DNA of 40,176 bases from Octopus bimaculoides (Eukaryota), in assembly GCF_001194135.2 (NCBI RefSeq), contig NC_068982.1, forward strand, positions 168,021,681 to 168,061,856, read 5' to 3'. The stretch's first letter is position 1; each line of letters starts with the position of its first letter. The position numbers and the translations under genes are program-made. The notes below the pieces were generated by a model, which saw nothing but the letters and a program-made list of their open reading frames with translations, did no database searches and had not been told where the DNA came from. Below are positions 37,256 to 40,176 of this stretch, in pieces.

Positions 37256-39844
37256 CACGAAACTGAAGCAGAGTGGTTAAAGATACTCAAAGAGGAGAGT
37301 GGAGAGTATCAGCAAGATGATTTGCGAATAATCGGGTAGATGATTAAAGATCAGTGCAGGAAAATTCCTAACTAGTAAGCATCTGGCCCAAATGAGATTC
37401 AGGGCTTTTGGCTTGAAATCTTGACAGCTCTGCACAAGAGAATTGCAAGACAGCTGGACGAAATACTGAGTAGTAACATCTAAGTACCGGCCTGGATGAC
37501 AAAAGGAAGGGCCCAAGTAATGGGAATGCGGTTAGAAATTTTCGACCAATATCCCTAACCTAACCCTAACCCTAACCCTAACCCTAACCCTAACCCTAAC
37601 CCAAGTAATGGGAATGCGGTTAGAAATTTTCGACCAATATCTAGTTTGATACTGATGTGGAAACTGATGACAGGCATCATATCAAGCAGCATGTATAATT
37701 ACCTCGATGAGAATGATCTACTGCTAGTCTAAGAAAAGTGTGTAGGCGTAAGAGCAGAGGAACGAAGGATCAATTACTAATCGATGAGACAGACTATCGT
37801 GGCTGATTGCAAGAAGAGACAAAAAATTTGGCGATCGCATGAGTAGACTACAGAAAAACATATGACATGGTACCACACTCATGGACTATTGAGTGGACCA
37901 TTGCTTTAAACGGGACTATTGCTTTAAACTGCTTAAGGTCTCATACAATATCCTGAAGTTAATACAAAACTCAATGGCAACGTGGCGAACTGAACTCACA
38001 GCATGGAGAGATAAGCTGGGAGACGTAAATATCGAAAAGGAATCTTTCAACAGAACAGTCTATCGCCTCTCCTATTTGTTGCTTGCATGCTGTCACTAAC
38101 GAACGTTTTAAGAAAGATGTGTGTGGGGTACATGCTACGCTAAGACTGAGAAAGAAATTGAGAGTTTGACTGAAACTGTGCAGAAGATTAGCAAAGATAT
38201 TGGCATGGAATTTCGGGTCGAGAAATTTTGTGTAATGTTTCTCAAAAGGGGGAAATCAGTAAAAGCCATGGGAACAACCTGTAAAGTGGTGAAACTATAA
38301 AGGAAATTGGAGAGGAAGGATATAAGTAGTTGGGTATCATTGACAGAGATAAGATGAATGAACACGAGATGGAAGAAATGTATAGGAAATAGTATTTGAG
38401 AACTCGGCTTGTGCTCCAATCGAAGCTAAACGGTCGCTATAAGATTAGAGCAATTAACACGCGGGATGTTACTTTGATGAGATATGGGCAGGAATAGTAT
38501 CTTGGAAGAATCATGAATTACAAGAGATAGACAGGAGAACACGTAAATTAATGACAATAAACAAGGAACTACACCCCAAGAGTGATGTGTCACGATTTAT
38601 GTAAAGAGGAATGAAGGAGGACGCGGATTAGTGTGTTGTGAAGGTTGTGTAAGGGAAGAGGAGAACAGCCTGGCTTGGTATGTCAAGGGGAGTAAAGAAG
38701 AAATGATTGAATCAGTGAAAATTCAGGTAAACTTAAAAGTGAACGAAGCCGTAGATCCAACACAATCTAAGAAAGACCAGAAAGAGCAGTTGAAGAAAAT
38801 TTGGCAGGACAAGAAAATGCACAGTCAGTTCTTGAAGAATGAAGATGAGATTGATTGGAATAGAACCTGTCAATGGCTAAGAAAAGAGACTTAAAGGAGA
38901 CCACAGAAATATTATTGAGCAGCGCTCAAGAACAAGTTCTGAGATCAAAGTACTCCAAATATCACATTGTTAAAAGCACTGACACGCCACAGCGTAGAAT
39001 GTGCTCTGAAAAGGGAGAAAGTATAAACCATATTGTTTNNNNNNNNNNNNNNNNNNNNNNNNNNNNNNNNNNNNNNNNNNNNNNNNNNNNNNNNNNNNNN
39101 NNNNNNNNNNNNNNNNNNNNNNNNNNNNNNNNNNNNNNNNNNNNNNNNNNNNNNNNNNNNNNNNNNNNNNNNNNNNNNNNNNNNNNNNNNNNNNNNNNNN
39201 NNNNNNNNNNNNNNNNNNNNNNNNNNNNNNNNNNNNNNNNNNNNNNNNNNNNNNNNNNNNNNNNNNNNNNNNNNNNNNNNNNNNNNNNNNNNNNCCACTG
39301 ACTGCTGTGCGGTAAAGCAAACATCGAGAGAGCCGAACAGTGCTATGAACACAAGCCAGAGGGAGTAATGGAAAACGAACATTACAAGATACACTGGGAT
39401 TTTAACATGCAGTGCGACCAATTCATAGAGGCAAGACGACCAGATATCGTGCTCAACCACAAAAATGAAAACGAAGTAAAGATATTAGACGTTGCAATAC
39501 TAGGCGATTCGAGGGTGAAATGTAAGGAAACAGAAAAGATTGAGAAATACCAGCCACTGCGGGTGAGATAGAAAAGTAGTTATGGGGCATGATGAAAGTA
39601 ATGGTAATACCGGTGGTAATTGGAGCATTAGGAGCAGTTTCCAAGGGCTTTGAAAAACATATTAAGAATACTGGAGCTGCTGTCAACTCGCATTCTAAGG
39701 AGAATATTGTCTCTTTGAGTCATAGGAGAAGGCACTACTTGAAAGCTTTGATGATTTTTTGTCGCCTGTTTTCAAGTAAAGAATAACCGGTAATTAAGAA
39801 CTATCTGGGAGTCTTTCATAATAGATGATGGCGATGATGATGAT

Positions 39845-39847
<3 letters not shown>
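37251..39847 (+). mobile_element. R4/Dong-clade non-LTR retrotransposon, 5'-truncated decayed copy C (RT + zinc knuckle + RLE + 3' UTR)
   Basis: HETEAEWL, ASGPNEIQGFW, PAWMTKGR, NFRPIS, RRKSRGTKDQLLID, VDYRKTYDMVPHSW, GGRGLVCCEGCVREE, LKETTEILLSSAQEQ, RMCSEKGESINHIV, HWDFNMQCDQFIEARRPDIV, ILDVAILGD, KIEKYQPL, VIPVVIGALG, TRILRRILSL*; frameshifted and stop-containing. Confidence 0.92.
37553..37602. repeat. Interstitial telomeric-type repeat (CCCTAA)n: 7 hexamers plus one CCTAA variant
   Basis: ccctaa cctaa (ccctaa)6 ccc read directly; flanked by an identical 42-bp direct repeat. Confidence 0.95.

Positions 39848-39925
<78 letters not shown>
39830..39925 (+). repeat. (GAT)n then (AAT)n tail at the 3' end of R4/Dong copy C
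   Basis: Direct reading; Dong-type elements are known to be associated with TAA microsatellites. Confidence 0.9.
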
Positions 39926-40176
39926 TCTTATTATTATTAATTAATTAATTTATTTTTAGCCTGCATGTTTGTTACAATCACTTGCTAATATACACCAAGC
40001 GACCAAAAGCGAGTGAAGGAAAAATTATGTTACAGTATGTCTGACAGCTTGAGAGGGGTGGGGGTGGCAGGGGCAGTAGTGTAATATCTTCATGTAACAC
40101 AACATAAGGATTTTCATTGACACTGTTTTTCTAAGGATGTAGGCTGTTCTTATCTGTACAATCTTTTTGATGTATG

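Overview
AT-rich, repeat-dominated eukaryotic DNA. It is most likely octopus/coleoid cephalopod, inferred from the tRNA-derived SINE families, microsatellite load and (TTAGGG)-type repeat; no search was run. I could not support any host protein-coding exon, rRNA, functional tRNA or CRISPR array. Almost all listed ORFs are microsatellite read-through, N-gap artefacts, or antisense/fragment frames of dead transposons. Recognisable content: a decayed APE-endonuclease LINE fragment (~200-880); about 17 SINE copies of at least 3 types, several with clear target-site duplications (TSDs); a mariner transposase relic and a mariner-type MITE; a Helitron/DINE-like element with an internal duplication; a ~205-bp foldback; and a cluster of three decayed R4/Dong-clade (RLE) non-LTR retrotransposons (~35.1-39.9 kb). 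The most striking structure is a telomeric (CCCTAA)n tract inside one R4/Dong RT region, flanked by a perfect 42-bp direct duplication (37512-37641). Also notable are two independent 'X-SINE-X-SINE-X' serial insertion sites. Assembly gaps lie at 6578-6594, 16062-16194, 36710-36767 and 39039-39294.
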